From positions 45,458 to 109,457 of IMG/VR virus record IMGVR_UViG_3300032322_002674: DNA of 64,000 nucleotides; one strand, 5' to 3'. The notes under the pieces are model-generated. The model did not search any database. It was not told the DNA's origin and saw nothing but the letters and a program-made list of their open reading frames with translations. The position numbers and the translations under genes were made by a program. This DNA comes from a virus (Duplodnaviria > Heunggongvirae > Uroviricota > Caudoviricetes). Positions 39,655 to 49,584 of this stretch are shown here, piece after piece (positions within the stretch are counted from its first letter, which is position 1; each line of letters starts with the position of its first letter).

Positions 39655-42600
39655 TTTCCTCCAATCTCTTATATAATTCACCAACCGAATAAAATTTTTC
39701 ATCTAATAGTAGTCCTGTTGTACCAATTTTTTTATCATCAAAACATCTTAAAACAAAGTAATTTCTTGTTGATACAAAAATTGTAATGTGACTTGGTTTG
39801 TTGTCATAAGTAATATAAATAAAATTATCATCATGTTTTAAATTTGGGAATTTTTGTTTTATTCTATTAATTATAAATTTATCCATAAAATGTTCATCAA
39901 TTTTTTCAACTTCAACTACTTCTTTTGGTTTTAAATCCATAATTGATTTATCACCAATAATATTTTTTATATAATCATTTCTTTGTTTTTCTTGTTGATT
40001 TGCTCTAGAAGTTAGTTTTAAATTTTCTTTTATATTTTGTTTTTTATAATTTCTTACTAATTTTTTTAAATAATCTGGATATAAAAAATAAAAATCTTTA
40101 TCATAATTTTTGATTATTAAACCAATATACTTATTTAACAATTCATTTGAAGTATTTTTTACTTGTTCTTTAGAAAGTACTCTTGGTGTATTATTTGGAT
40201 TTAAAAATAAATAATTAATGTATTTTTCTTTTAAATCATCAGTCAAAAATTTATACTGAATATCTGATAAATTCCAATTAACGTGTTTTAAAATTTTATT
40301 TAAATAATATTGTTTTAAATCATCTGATAAAGATAAAAAATATTCATCACTCAAACCCCAACCAGAATCAATATATTCTTTTTTTAGTGGTTTACTTAAA
40401 TCTAAGAAATAATCATATTTAAGTAAATTTGGGTAGAAATTAATAATTTTAGATTTAACATCATCTGAAAGAAGTTTAAAAACCTCTTTAGGTATTTTTA
40501 AATTAAGTTTTTCACTATGAGTACCATTTAAAAATTTATCTGAATAGTATTTTACTGATTGAATTATTTGGTTATTTGCACGAGATTTTAAATTTAATCC
40601 TTCATTTAAGTTTTTTAATATAACAGAAAAAACCCAATAGTAACCAGAATTATTTCCTTTAGATAAAACTTTAAGTGTTGGATTTTTTTCTTTTATTGTT
40701 TGTAATCTTAAATTAAGATTATCAAAATTAGTATCAAAAATTAAAGACAAATTAGTAATTTTCGTATTACCTTTTTCGTAAGATATTTTATAGTTGTCAA
40801 TATCAATAACTAATGAATTTAAATTTATTGAATCATTTTTACTTATATTTAACAGTTTATTTCTTAAATCCTCTAAATTATTAGCACTAATATTAATTTG
40901 TTCATTTTTATTTTCTGAAACAACAAAAAAACTTTGTTTGTAATAAATTGTTTCACCACCTAACAAAAAATTAATTGTAACTGTTTTAATTTTTTTAGAA
41001 TTACCACCGTAATGATTTTTTAGTCTATCTTCTAATCCAGAAATTTGTTGGTTATGTCTTTGTTCAAAGTTATCACCAATACTACCTCTTGTAGTGAATA
41101 TAGTATAAGAATTACCATCTTTTGATTCAATAATATCACAAGAACTTTCTGTTATTATTTTATTATCTTTTACATAAGTTTTTATTTGTATGTTAGTTAC
41201 ATCTGTTTTAAAACCTTGATTATTTAATTTTTTTAGTTCATCAGAAACTCTTTGTTCAAAATCATCTGAAAGTCTTTTTGAACCCAGTATTCCATGCACT
41301 AAATCTAAGTCAGGGTTTGAAATTGATTGTACACCAACAGGTCCATTAACTTTAGATAAAATTTTTGTTTGTATTTGTTGTTGATTAATATTTTGAGATT
41401 TAACTTCTTGCGGATTTAAGGATGATAAACCTATCGCAGTACCAATTAACATATCTTTCCAACTTTCATTTAAATCTTTTCTTTTAATAAATGTAACATT
41501 TCCTTTGTATTCCAATTTATAATCTTGCGGTAGGTTTTTTGATAAAAATAATCTATTTATTTTTGCTCTTTTATTTGGTTCGTTGTCATCTTTTTTATTC
41601 CCACTTAAAATAGAATCAATTGAAAATCTTCCCATTGTTTCCTTTCTTGAATCAATATGTGAAATGGTTATTATTTCAGGTCTATAATCATTAATAAATT
41701 CATTTGTTATTTTTGTAACAGTACCAAGAACTCTTAAAGAATTTTCTTTATTTAATTCATTCATCCATTTTGATGTTGTGTAATATTCTCTTTCCCATTC
41801 TTCACCAAACTTTCCAATTGATAAAAGAAGAAATTTAACAAAGAATATTTCCTCACCATCTGAAAAACGATATTTTATTTTATCACCATCCACAATTTTT
41901 TCATAAGAATAAGTGTTGGTTAATTCTGCAATTTCATTAATTTGTTTTTTAGATTCTTTTAAATTTTTAAAATCAAGTAAATTACCATTAGAATCATAAG
42001 TTTTGGAAATTGAATAAAATAAAAATTCTAGAATTTCATTGATTGTATCAAACTCTATGTTTATATTCTTTAATGTTCTTTCTTGTGTTATTATATCTCT
42101 TGGACCTAAAATATGTAAGTTTATTTTATCTAAATGTTGAGTAATTGAAAACGAACCAATGATATTTTTAAAACGTATATTTTTAAAATCAACTTTATCA
42201 AAATTAAGATTATTTTCATAAAATTTATCAAAAGTATTAATAAAAGGATATTTTTCTTTAACTTTTTGTCTTATAATTAAACCCAATAAATTCAAAATAT
42301 TTTCAGGTAAATCTTTTACTGGTGAATTTAGAATTTTATCATCAATATTTTTAATGTATTCTTCCCTTTGTTTTTCCTGTTCTTTTGCACGAGATTTTAA
42401 ATTTAAATTTTCTTTTAAATTATAATTATCAGAAATAATTTCTTCCAATTTATTATATAATTCACCTACTGTATTAAATTCTTCTTCCATTATAATTTCA
42501 CCAAAACCATTATATGTTGTGATTGGTGTATAAAAATGTAAAAAAAATTTTTTCCCATTCGAGAAGAAAAGTAGTTTTTTATTTCTTATATCTATAAGAA

Positions 42601-43231
42601 ATAGATTATTATACTTTAATTTTGGGAATTTTTGTTTTAATTTATTAATTAATATTGGAAATATAAATTTAGACAAAAAAGTTGAATTTACTTCTTTTGG
42701 GGTTAATTCCATTATATCTTTATTTCCAATAATACTTTTTATATATTCTTCTCTTTGTTTCTCTTGTTCTCCAGCACGAGATTTTAAATTCAATTTATTT
42801 TCAACCAAATCAATTTCAGTATTATTACCAAAAGTTTTGATTTTATAGTTACTTGGTAATACTTTTTCCAAAAAATATTTGTTCACCCTTGTTCTTTTAT
42901 TTTCATCATAGGGGTTATTTGCAAATTCACTTTTACTTCTTACATGGTAAATTTTTATTTTCTTTGGGTTATATTTTTCAATAAAATCCAAAGTAATTTT
43001 TGTTATTGTATTTAATATTTTAAATCTTTCCTGACTATTAATATCATCAAATTGTTTCTCAAATGTTGAAAAATGTCTATTCCAAATATCATTACCATCT
43101 AATATAAAATCTACTGAAAAATTATAATCATCATCAGTCTTAAAATTATACGTAATAATATTTAGATTCCTATTTTTAGTTCTTTTTGTAATATAAACAT
43201 TAGATAAATCTACTATTTCGGTTAAAAACAT
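39629..43231 (-). CDS. 1200-aa seven-module polyprotein with four LKSRA tags
   Basis: Modules delimited by [LIV]xE; two family-A domains, two paralogous tagged domains, one helical-repeat domain. Confidence 0.8.
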   Translation of the reverse strand: MFLTEIVDLSNVYITKRTKNRNLNIITYNFKTDDDYNFSVDFILDGNDIWNRHFSTFEKQFDDINSQERFKILNTITKITLDFIEKYNPKKIKIYHVRSKSEFANNPYDENKRTRVNKYFLEKVLPSNYKIKTFGNNTEIDLVENKLNLKSRAGEQEKQREEYIKSIIGNKDIMELTPKEVNSTFLSKFIFPILINKLKQKFPKLKYNNLFLIDIRNKKLLFFSNGKKFFLHFYTPITTYNGFGEIIMEEEFNTVGELYNKLEEIISDNYNLKENLNLKSRAKEQEKQREEYIKNIDDKILNSPVKDLPENILNLLGLIIRQKVKEKYPFINTFDKFYENNLNFDKVDFKNIRFKNIIGSFSITQHLDKINLHILGPRDIITQERTLKNINIEFDTINEILEFLFYSISKTYDSNGNLLDFKNLKESKKQINEIAELTNTYSYEKIVDGDKIKYRFSDGEEIFFVKFLLLSIGKFGEEWEREYYTTSKWMNELNKENSLRVLGTVTKITNEFINDYRPEIITISHIDSRKETMGRFSIDSILSGNKKDDNEPNKRAKINRLFLSKNLPQDYKLEYKGNVTFIKRKDLNESWKDMLIGTAIGLSSLNPQEVKSQNINQQQIQTKILSKVNGPVGVQSISNPDLDLVHGILGSKRLSDDFEQRVSDELKKLNNQGFKTDVTNIQIKTYVKDNKIITESSCDIIESKDGNSYTIFTTRGSIGDNFEQRHNQQISGLEDRLKNHYGGNSKKIKTVTINFLLGGETIYYKQSFFVVSENKNEQINISANNLEDLRNKLLNISKNDSINLNSLVIDIDNYKISYEKGNTKITNLSLIFDTNFDNLNLRLQTIKEKNPTLKVLSKGNNSGYYWVFSVILKNLNEGLNLKSRANNQIIQSVKYYSDKFLNGTHSEKLNLKIPKEVFKLLSDDVKSKIINFYPNLLKYDYFLDLSKPLKKEYIDSGWGLSDEYFLSLSDDLKQYYLNKILKHVNWNLSDIQYKFLTDDLKEKYINYLFLNPNNTPRVLSKEQVKNTSNELLNKYIGLIIKNYDKDFYFLYPDYLKKLVRNYKKQNIKENLKLTSRANQQEKQRNDYIKNIIGDKSIMDLKPKEVVEVEKIDEHFMDKFIINRIKQKFPNLKHDDNFIYITYDNKPSHITIFVSTRNYFVLRCFDDKKIGTTGLLLDEKFYSVGELYKRLEEIISQNYIP
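39969..40033 (-). repeat. LKSRA peptide tag, copy 4 (IKE|NLKLTSRANQQEKQRNDYI)
   Basis: Direct translation. Confidence 0.85.
40544..40610 (-). repeat. LKSRA peptide tag, copy 5 (LNE|GLNLKSRANNQIIQSVKYY)
   Basis: Direct translation; most diverged copy. Confidence 0.8.
42352..42418 (-). repeat. LKSRA peptide tag, copy 6 (LKE|NLNLKSRAKEQEKQREEYI)
   Basis: Direct translation. Confidence 0.9.
42741..42810 (-). repeat. LKSRA peptide tag, copy 7 (LVE|NKLNLKSRAGEQEKQREEYI)
   Basis: Direct translation. Confidence 0.9.
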
Positions 43232-43240
43232 TATTTTTTG

Positions 43241-43259
43241 ATATTTATATAATAAATAT
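43241..43259. promoter_or_regulatory. Divergent pair of putative late promoters (ATATTTAT-ata-ATAAATAT)
   Basis: Inverted repeat in the 34-bp gap between the polyprotein gene and terL. Confidence 0.6.
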
Positions 43260-43265
43260 TCGTTA

Positions 43266-44936
43266 ATGGATAATAATTTATTTTTAGAATATGCACGTTG
43301 TTTAAGTGATTCAATTTACACAATTGAAACATATTTACAAACTTTTGATAAAACTCAAGGTGGATATGTTCCATTTAAACTATTCCCAAAACAAAAGGAA
43401 TTAATTGAAAATTATGAAAAGAATAATTTTGTTATATTAAAAAAACCAAGACAGGCAGGTATTACAACAACAACTGCAGCATGGGTTTCACATAGAGTTG
43501 GTCTTGCAGATGAATTAAGACCAGAAAGAATACTTCTTATTGCAAATAAACATGAAACTTCACAGAAATTTCTTGCTCAAGTAAAAGAATTTTTATCCCA
43601 ATACCCTAAATGGATGGATGTGTCTATTGCAAAAGATGCAGTAAAATGGAATGAAAAACATATAATACTTAAAAATGGTTCAGAAGTTAAGGCAGTTGCA
43701 ACATCAATTGACTCTTTAAGGGGTTATTCACCAACAATAGTTATATTTGATGAGGCAGCATTTATTGATAATGGTGATGAATTATGGAAGGCAACATTTC
43801 CATCACTATCAACTGGTGGTAAATGTTTTATGATTTCCACTACAAATGGTATGGACCCATTATATTTTGTTACTTATGATTCTTCTTTACAAGGAAAAAA
43901 TGACTTTAAAATAGTTGAAGTTGAATGGTGGCAAGACCCAAGATATAATAAAAATTTGGAATGGAGAAAAGATGATGATATAATTAAAAGTCAAGATTTG
44001 GATTTGGGTAAAGAATTAAAAAGAAAAGGTTATAAACCCTGGTCTCCCTGGTATGAAAATATGTGCAGACAAATGAATTGGAATCAAAGAGCAATTGCAC
44101 AAGAATTGGATGGTGATTTCGTTGGTTCTGGTGGTAATGTTATTGATGAAGAATATATTAAAATGCAAGAAGTTGAAAATGTATCAGAACCTATAAGAAA
44201 GGAAAATTTTGATGGTAATATGTGGATATGGAAAGACCCTGAATATGGTAAAAGATATATATTAAGTTGTGATGTATCTTCTTCTTTTGGTACAGATTAC
44301 TCAACAATACAAATAATTGATATTGAAAATAATGAACAAGTTGCAGAATATCAGGGTAAAATAAGACCAGATACATTTGCAGAATTAATATATGAATATT
44401 GGAAACGTTATGGTGGGTTAATAGTTCCTGATGTTACAGGTGGTATGGGATTAACTGTTATTCTTAAATTATACGAATTAGGTTTGGATAAAAAGAATAT
44501 GTATTATGATATACCAAAGGCAAAGATAATGAATGATAAATTTTCTCACTTAAAAACATCTGATGAAAAAATGCCAGGTTTCCAAATCCAATCAAATAGA
44601 GCATTAATTGTTGATGAATTTGAAAGACAAATAAGAATGAATGAGTTTAAAGTACGTTCTTCTCGTTTATGTAGTGAAATGAAAACATTTATTTATGATA
44701 GAAGTGGAAAACCAAACCATACAAAAAATACTCATGATGATTTAATAATGGGTTGTGCAATGGGGTTATATGTTATTCAAACTTCTTTAAAATTTATTGA
44801 TAAAAATATGAATCATGCAAAGGCAATACTTAATGCAATGATAAATGTAAATAACAAGGAAACTGTTTCTAATAATGAAAGATTTATTAGTCCAGAAAAT
44901 AAACAATATATGGATAATATGTGGTTGTTTAGGTAA
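43266..44936 (+). CDS. terL: Terminase large subunit (T4 gp17-like)
   Basis: FKLFPKQ (Q motif), KPRQAGITT (Walker A), IFDEAAF (Walker B), STTNG, QELDGDFVGSG, nuclease D...DYS and HDDLIM. Confidence 0.95.
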   Translation: MDNNLFLEYARCLSDSIYTIETYLQTFDKTQGGYVPFKLFPKQKELIENYEKNNFVILKKPRQAGITTTTAAWVSHRVGLADELRPERILLIANKHETSQKFLAQVKEFLSQYPKWMDVSIAKDAVKWNEKHIILKNGSEVKAVATSIDSLRGYSPTIVIFDEAAFIDNGDELWKATFPSLSTGGKCFMISTTNGMDPLYFVTYDSSLQGKNDFKIVEVEWWQDPRYNKNLEWRKDDDIIKSQDLDLGKELKRKGYKPWSPWYENMCRQMNWNQRAIAQELDGDFVGSGGNVIDEEYIKMQEVENVSEPIRKENFDGNMWIWKDPEYGKRYILSCDVSSSFGTDYSTIQIIDIENNEQVAEYQGKIRPDTFAELIYEYWKRYGGLIVPDVTGGMGLTVILKLYELGLDKKNMYYDIPKAKIMNDKFSHLKTSDEKMPGFQIQSNRALIVDEFERQIRMNEFKVRSSRLCSEMKTFIYDRSGKPNHTKNTHDDLIMGCAMGLYVIQTSLKFIDKNMNHAKAILNAMINVNNKETVSNNERFISPENKQYMDNMWLFR

Positions 44937-45174
44937 ACCAAATATCATCCATATACTTTAATAAGGAATACCCATATACAATAATATTCATAACCCAAAT
45001 AAATACTATTATAAAATTTGATTCTAATGTATATTCAATTGCGAAATAACAAGAAAAAATAAATATAAATAAATCAATAATATAAAGTATTTTTTTATTA
45101 TCAAAAAAGATTTTTGAACATAATAATGATAAAAAAATCATACTAAGGAATGCACTTAATGATACCATATCCAA
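44929..45174 (-). CDS. Small membrane protein
   Basis: Three hydrophobic segments. Confidence 0.5.
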   Translation of the reverse strand: MDMVSLSAFLSMIFLSLLCSKIFFDNKKILYIIDLFIFIFSCYFAIEYTLESNFIIVFIWVMNIIVYGYSLLKYMDDIWFT

Positions 45175-45617
45175 TCAGGTTTAGGTCTGTTATGAAATTT
45201 ATTAATTTTATCATTTACTTTATTAAGAAAATATTTAAATCCTATTTTGTCAATCGGATTTTTTGATAAATTATGTTGTTTAAAAACATTAAAATCAATA
45301 TCAACATTAAATAAAATGTTGTTTTGATAATAAGGAATTTCGTAATTAATAAATTCATCAATAATTTCATTATCAACACCATATATTACTATTGGTGTAA
45401 AAGTATTTATTACATATTCTATATCACTTATTCTTAATCTTTTATAATGAATTTCATTATTATTGTTTAAACCAAATCGTTTAAGAAGTAATGGTCTATC
45501 AAAATTTTTCATTACATCAGTACCATTCCAAGACCATCCCAAAGAAATAAGTTTTTCCTGAAATTTTTTATTTTCTTTGGAATTACTAAAAATAACATAT
45601 AACCATTGTTTATTCAT
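45156..45617 (-). CDS. Hypothetical protein
   Basis: ORF in the minus-strand run. Confidence 0.6.
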   Translation of the reverse strand: MNKQWLYVIFSNSKENKKFQEKLISLGWSWNGTDVMKNFDRPLLLKRFGLNNNNEIHYKRLRISDIEYVINTFTPIVIYGVDNEIIDEFINYEIPYYQNNILFNVDIDFNVFKQHNLSKNPIDKIGFKYFLNKVNDKINKFHNRPKPDWIWYH

Positions 45618-45948
45618 ATTTATCCATTATTTTTAAAATATATTCGTTATGAATTTGATTTTGTATTTTATTATTATTTATTTTAAATATTTTTTTATCT
45701 TTATCAATATAAAGATATTCTTCATCTTTATAATTTGATTTAATAAAAATACCTTTTTTTGGGTTTAAAAATGATTGAAAAAGATTTTCAGAAATAACAC
45801 CCTTAAAAATATCACCTCTAAATATTTCTATATAATAATACACATTTGTAGTACCAAAATAAATGTTACCTATATCAATAACATCTTCACTTTTTATTGA
45901 AAAAATTGAACATTTTTTAATTTTAATTTCTTCTATTTGCCAGAACAT
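45610..45948 (-). CDS. Hypothetical protein with MFWQIEE N-terminus
   Basis: First seven residues identical to the neighbouring gene. Confidence 0.6.
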   Translation of the reverse strand: MFWQIEEIKIKKCSIFSIKSEDVIDIGNIYFGTTNVYYYIEIFRGDIFKGVISENLFQSFLNPKKGIFIKSNYKDEEYLYIDKDKKIFKINNNKIQNQIHNEYILKIMDKYE

Positions 45949-46634
45949 TAGAATATATTAATTTTACTGTCATTTATATTAAAAATCAAATGTTTATATT
46001 TACATTTTACATAATTAACAACAGAATTTTTAAATGTTAAAGTACCATGTACTTTGGTCAAAGGAAAAATGTTTATATTAACACCATCTAAAGTTAAATC
46101 ACCAAAATATTCAGTACCCAATTTTTTAGGTAATTTAAAATTATTAATAGAGTTATTAGAAAGAATTTCCCTTATCATTTCTGATTTATATTTTTGCAAA
46201 CCATGAATATTATTAATATATCTATCAATTACTTCATTTTTAACTTCAATTATGTTATTGTTAATTATTTTAAATATATTTAAATCATTCATAATTACCA
46301 AAGTATTTTGATTATTATATTTCACATAATTTATCATAACACCAGTTGGTTTATCTTTTTTTATTGACATTTGGAATGTTTTCATACTATCTAAGTAGAA
46401 AATATTTTTATAGAAATATTTTATATCAGACTTAACAAAACTTTGCCATTCCTTTTGTGAAGGACTTGATTCTATTTTAAAAATCGTATTAATATCCCTT
46501 CTTTTAAATAAATTTAAAATTAAAGGAATATCTTCATTAGTAGTTTTTACAGTTTGTTTACTAATGTAGGTTTTTTTTATTCTTTGTTTCGGTATGAAAC
46601 AAGGTAATTTTAATTCTTCTATTTGCCAGAACAT
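45948..46634 (-). CDS. Hypothetical protein with MFWQIEE N-terminus
   Basis: TAATG coupling to 45610..45948. Confidence 0.6.
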   Translation of the reverse strand: MFWQIEELKLPCFIPKQRIKKTYISKQTVKTTNEDIPLILNLFKRRDINTIFKIESSPSQKEWQSFVKSDIKYFYKNIFYLDSMKTFQMSIKKDKPTGVMINYVKYNNQNTLVIMNDLNIFKIINNNIIEVKNEVIDRYINNIHGLQKYKSEMIREILSNNSINNFKLPKKLGTEYFGDLTLDGVNINIFPLTKVHGTLTFKNSVVNYVKCKYKHLIFNINDSKINIF

Positions 46635-47014
46635 TTTAGTATTTCTTTTACTTTCTTCTCTATTTTTTCTTTATTTGTAAAAGTTGAATTTAATTTTGTA
46701 CAATTAACGTAATTATTACCCAAGTAACAATTACCAACAATATCAATAATTATGTGTTCAAAATTTGAAATATTAGAAATAGTTAAAGAAGGAAATTTAA
46801 TATTATATAAAGTATTTTTTTTAATATAAAGAACTAAATTAACATTATAAATATTAGAATTAAGTTCCCATATTTCTCTTTTATATGGTTCTATTTTTTT
46901 TATTAAAGAATCTAAGGAATATCTACCCATCACTTTATTATCAAGATGAGTTACTTCCCAAAACAATTTTTTTCTCATAATCTTAAATTTAAGAAAAAAA
47001 AATGAATTAATCAA
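46619..47014 (-). CDS. Hypothetical protein
   Basis: Likely starts at the internal MRKKLFW. Confidence 0.5.
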   Translation of the reverse strand: MINSFFFLKFKIMRKKLFWEVTHLDNKVMGRYSLDSLIKKIEPYKREIWELNSNIYNVNLVLYIKKNTLYNIKFPSLTISNISNFEHIIIDIVGNCYLGNNYVNCTKLNSTFTNKEKIEKKVKEILKCSGK

Positions 47015-47016
47015 AT

Positions 47017-49584
47017 TTAGAAAAAATTTGGGTTTAAGAATACTCCAGAAAAAGTTAATGGAGTGATTAAAGTGATATTATTTGGTCTGTTTTGAAACAA
47101 AACTTGTGATGCAACCAAACCAGAATTTTGGTTATTTAAAATAACCCTTTCAACACTCAATTCACAATTATCGTTCATAATAATTGAATTTCCTGATTGC
47201 CAAAATCCACATGTTGTAAGTAATCCATTAATTTTACCTACTTGTGGTAAAACTACTTTAGAATCAATTTGTAATGTAGAAAGTTCTGTTTCTAAATGTG
47301 GTGGTTGTTCATTTTTAAATTCAGAACCATAATCAATACCTTTTTTATATTGAAATTTTTGTCTATCAAATAAGGTATTTCTATATTTTTCACCACCTTT
47401 CCATATTGTAGTTGCAGGAATAAATTGTTGTATTAAACCAAACCAATAGGAATCAATTAAATTAATATATTGATTCATCATTATTTGATATGTTAAACCT
47501 TTTGAATCAATTCCACACTTTTCTAAAGAATTTAAATAATCTTCATAAATCATTCTTAATGTTGGGTAATAAGATACTGTTTTTCTTGTTCTTGCATCAA
47601 TAAATCTTTCATAACTTAATTTAATGAATTCTGAAAAAGTCATTGCAGATATTGATTTATCATAACCATAGGTAGGATACTTTGAAATATCGCAAAGTGG
47701 ATAATTGGTTTTATAAAAATTAAATACATCACATTCTATTGCCTTTGCTGGGTCTAAAAATAATGTTACTTCCTTTGTATTTATTATTAATTCACTTCTT
47801 TTTTCATTATAATTGGTTTCCCTTAATTCTAAATTATAATTTCTATTGGTTGTATTACCTGTATAAACCCAAGATTTTTTATTATCTTCTGTTAAATTTA
47901 AAATAAAACCAATATCACGAAATTTATCCATATATTTTTGACCAAAATCATAAGAACCTTCATGGTAAACATTTTCTTCAAACCAACCACCATTCATTTG
48001 AAAATAATAATCAAAAGTATTGGGTAGTTTATTAGGAAAACCTTCTTCGGAAATTGGGTAATCAGACATATTAATTGATAATCCTGATAAATTAATTAAA
48101 TTTAATTTTAATTGGTCATAATCTACAATATTATCTACTGTGTAAACATGTTCATTAAAATCAACTAAACAATCTGGTGCACCGATAAATCTAAACAAAA
48201 ATTCTAAAACTTTTCTTGTTCCTTTTCCTTTCCATAAAAATGAAGAATTTAAAATAATTCTTCTCCAAAGTTCAATGTCCATTTCTGATGGAGTTAAAAA
48301 AGTTTTATTGTTACCATAAATGGGTGAATCCCCTGTTGAAACAAAGAATTTTAATAAATCATTTTCGTTAATTGATTGTAAAACATCAAAACCTAAAACT
48401 TTTGCAAAATTTTTAACTAATTGGTCTGGTAAATTTTCTAATTCCCTATTGTATTGTATTGTTGATGAAAATGCAATAGAATCAATAAATAATTTTATTT
48501 CATCCAATTCCCTTCCATAAACTTTTAACATTTTATCAAATTTTAAATTTGGTGTATCAAATTCCTTTAAAACTGATGTGGTTAAAAATCTTGAAACTAA
48601 ATCAGTTTTATATTGGTCATAAGTTAATGCAAGATTATTTAAATCATTTAAATACAATTGATATAGACTGGTGTTAATATCAATATTATAACCATCTGAT
48701 GTGGGAAATGTGAAACTTTGTTCTGTAAAACTGGTAATTCCATTACTATCTTCTTCTATTACTGAAAAAGTTGCAGTATATTTTGGTGTAGTATCCCTAT
48801 TTAATAAATAAGATTGAAAATAAGAAATAGAATTAAAAAAATTATCAATTACATTTTGGATAGGTTTTATATGATAAGTTATAGAAAGTGAAGTATTACC
48901 ACTAAAAGGATTTCCTTCACAAACTATTGTTAAAAATCCAGTACTAACAGTAGTAGAACCAGTAAATTCCAATATTTTATAACCAGATTCAAAAGGTGGG
49001 AAAGAAATTTCGTAATTCAAAAAATTTGCAGAAATGTTTCTTAAATCATTTGTTGGTGAAAAAGAATTAATTAAAACATCTTCTTCCGTATAAGACATTT
49101 CAAAATTATTAACAAAAGAAGATACTGGAACATTAAAAGTTGATTTGTTTGTTAAAGAATCATAAACATTATTTAATACTGTAATTTTAACTTGACCATC
49201 AATAAGTGATGAAACAACTAAAGATGATGGAAATTTTTCAATAATATCTTCTATTTCAACTCTTATAAATTCTTTTAAAGAACCAAAATATGCATAGTTT
49301 TTTAAATTTTTTCTATCATAATTTAAAAATATCTTAATATTGTTTGATTCTATGTTTTCTGAATTACTTTCTAAATTAATTGTTTCTACTGTTATAGGAT
49401 TAGAAAAACTTCCTAAAGTATAATTTTTAACAAATCTTTCTTCTAAATTTGATGTAATTTCAAAGTTACCAAATGTAAAAAGTGAACTACCATTGGTTAT
49501 TTGCAAACCAACTAAGTTTGGTGAAAAATCACTTTTATTATATGCATCCGTTAAGGACTTTGGTATGACTTTTTTATTACTCAT
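47017..49584 (-). CDS. Baseplate wedge / P2 gpI-like tail protein
   Basis: LPDQLVKNFAKVLGF...RRIILNSSFLWKGKGTRKVLEFLFRFIG resembles the Tail_P2_I KGT motif. Confidence 0.6.
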   Translation of the reverse strand: MSNKKVIPKSLTDAYNKSDFSPNLVGLQITNGSSLFTFGNFEITSNLEERFVKNYTLGSFSNPITVETINLESNSENIESNNIKIFLNYDRKNLKNYAYFGSLKEFIRVEIEDIIEKFPSSLVVSSLIDGQVKITVLNNVYDSLTNKSTFNVPVSSFVNNFEMSYTEEDVLINSFSPTNDLRNISANFLNYEISFPPFESGYKILEFTGSTTVSTGFLTIVCEGNPFSGNTSLSITYHIKPIQNVIDNFFNSISYFQSYLLNRDTTPKYTATFSVIEEDSNGITSFTEQSFTFPTSDGYNIDINTSLYQLYLNDLNNLALTYDQYKTDLVSRFLTTSVLKEFDTPNLKFDKMLKVYGRELDEIKLFIDSIAFSSTIQYNRELENLPDQLVKNFAKVLGFDVLQSINENDLLKFFVSTGDSPIYGNNKTFLTPSEMDIELWRRIILNSSFLWKGKGTRKVLEFLFRFIGAPDCLVDFNEHVYTVDNIVDYDQLKLNLINLSGLSINMSDYPISEEGFPNKLPNTFDYYFQMNGGWFEENVYHEGSYDFGQKYMDKFRDIGFILNLTEDNKKSWVYTGNTTNRNYNLELRETNYNEKRSELIINTKEVTLFLDPAKAIECDVFNFYKTNYPLCDISKYPTYGYDKSISAMTFSEFIKLSYERFIDARTRKTVSYYPTLRMIYEDYLNSLEKCGIDSKGLTYQIMMNQYINLIDSYWFGLIQQFIPATTIWKGGEKYRNTLFDRQKFQYKKGIDYGSEFKNEQPPHLETELSTLQIDSKVVLPQVGKINGLLTTCGFWQSGNSIIMNDNCELSVERVILNNQNSGLVASQVLFQNRPNNITLITPLTFSGVFLNPNFF

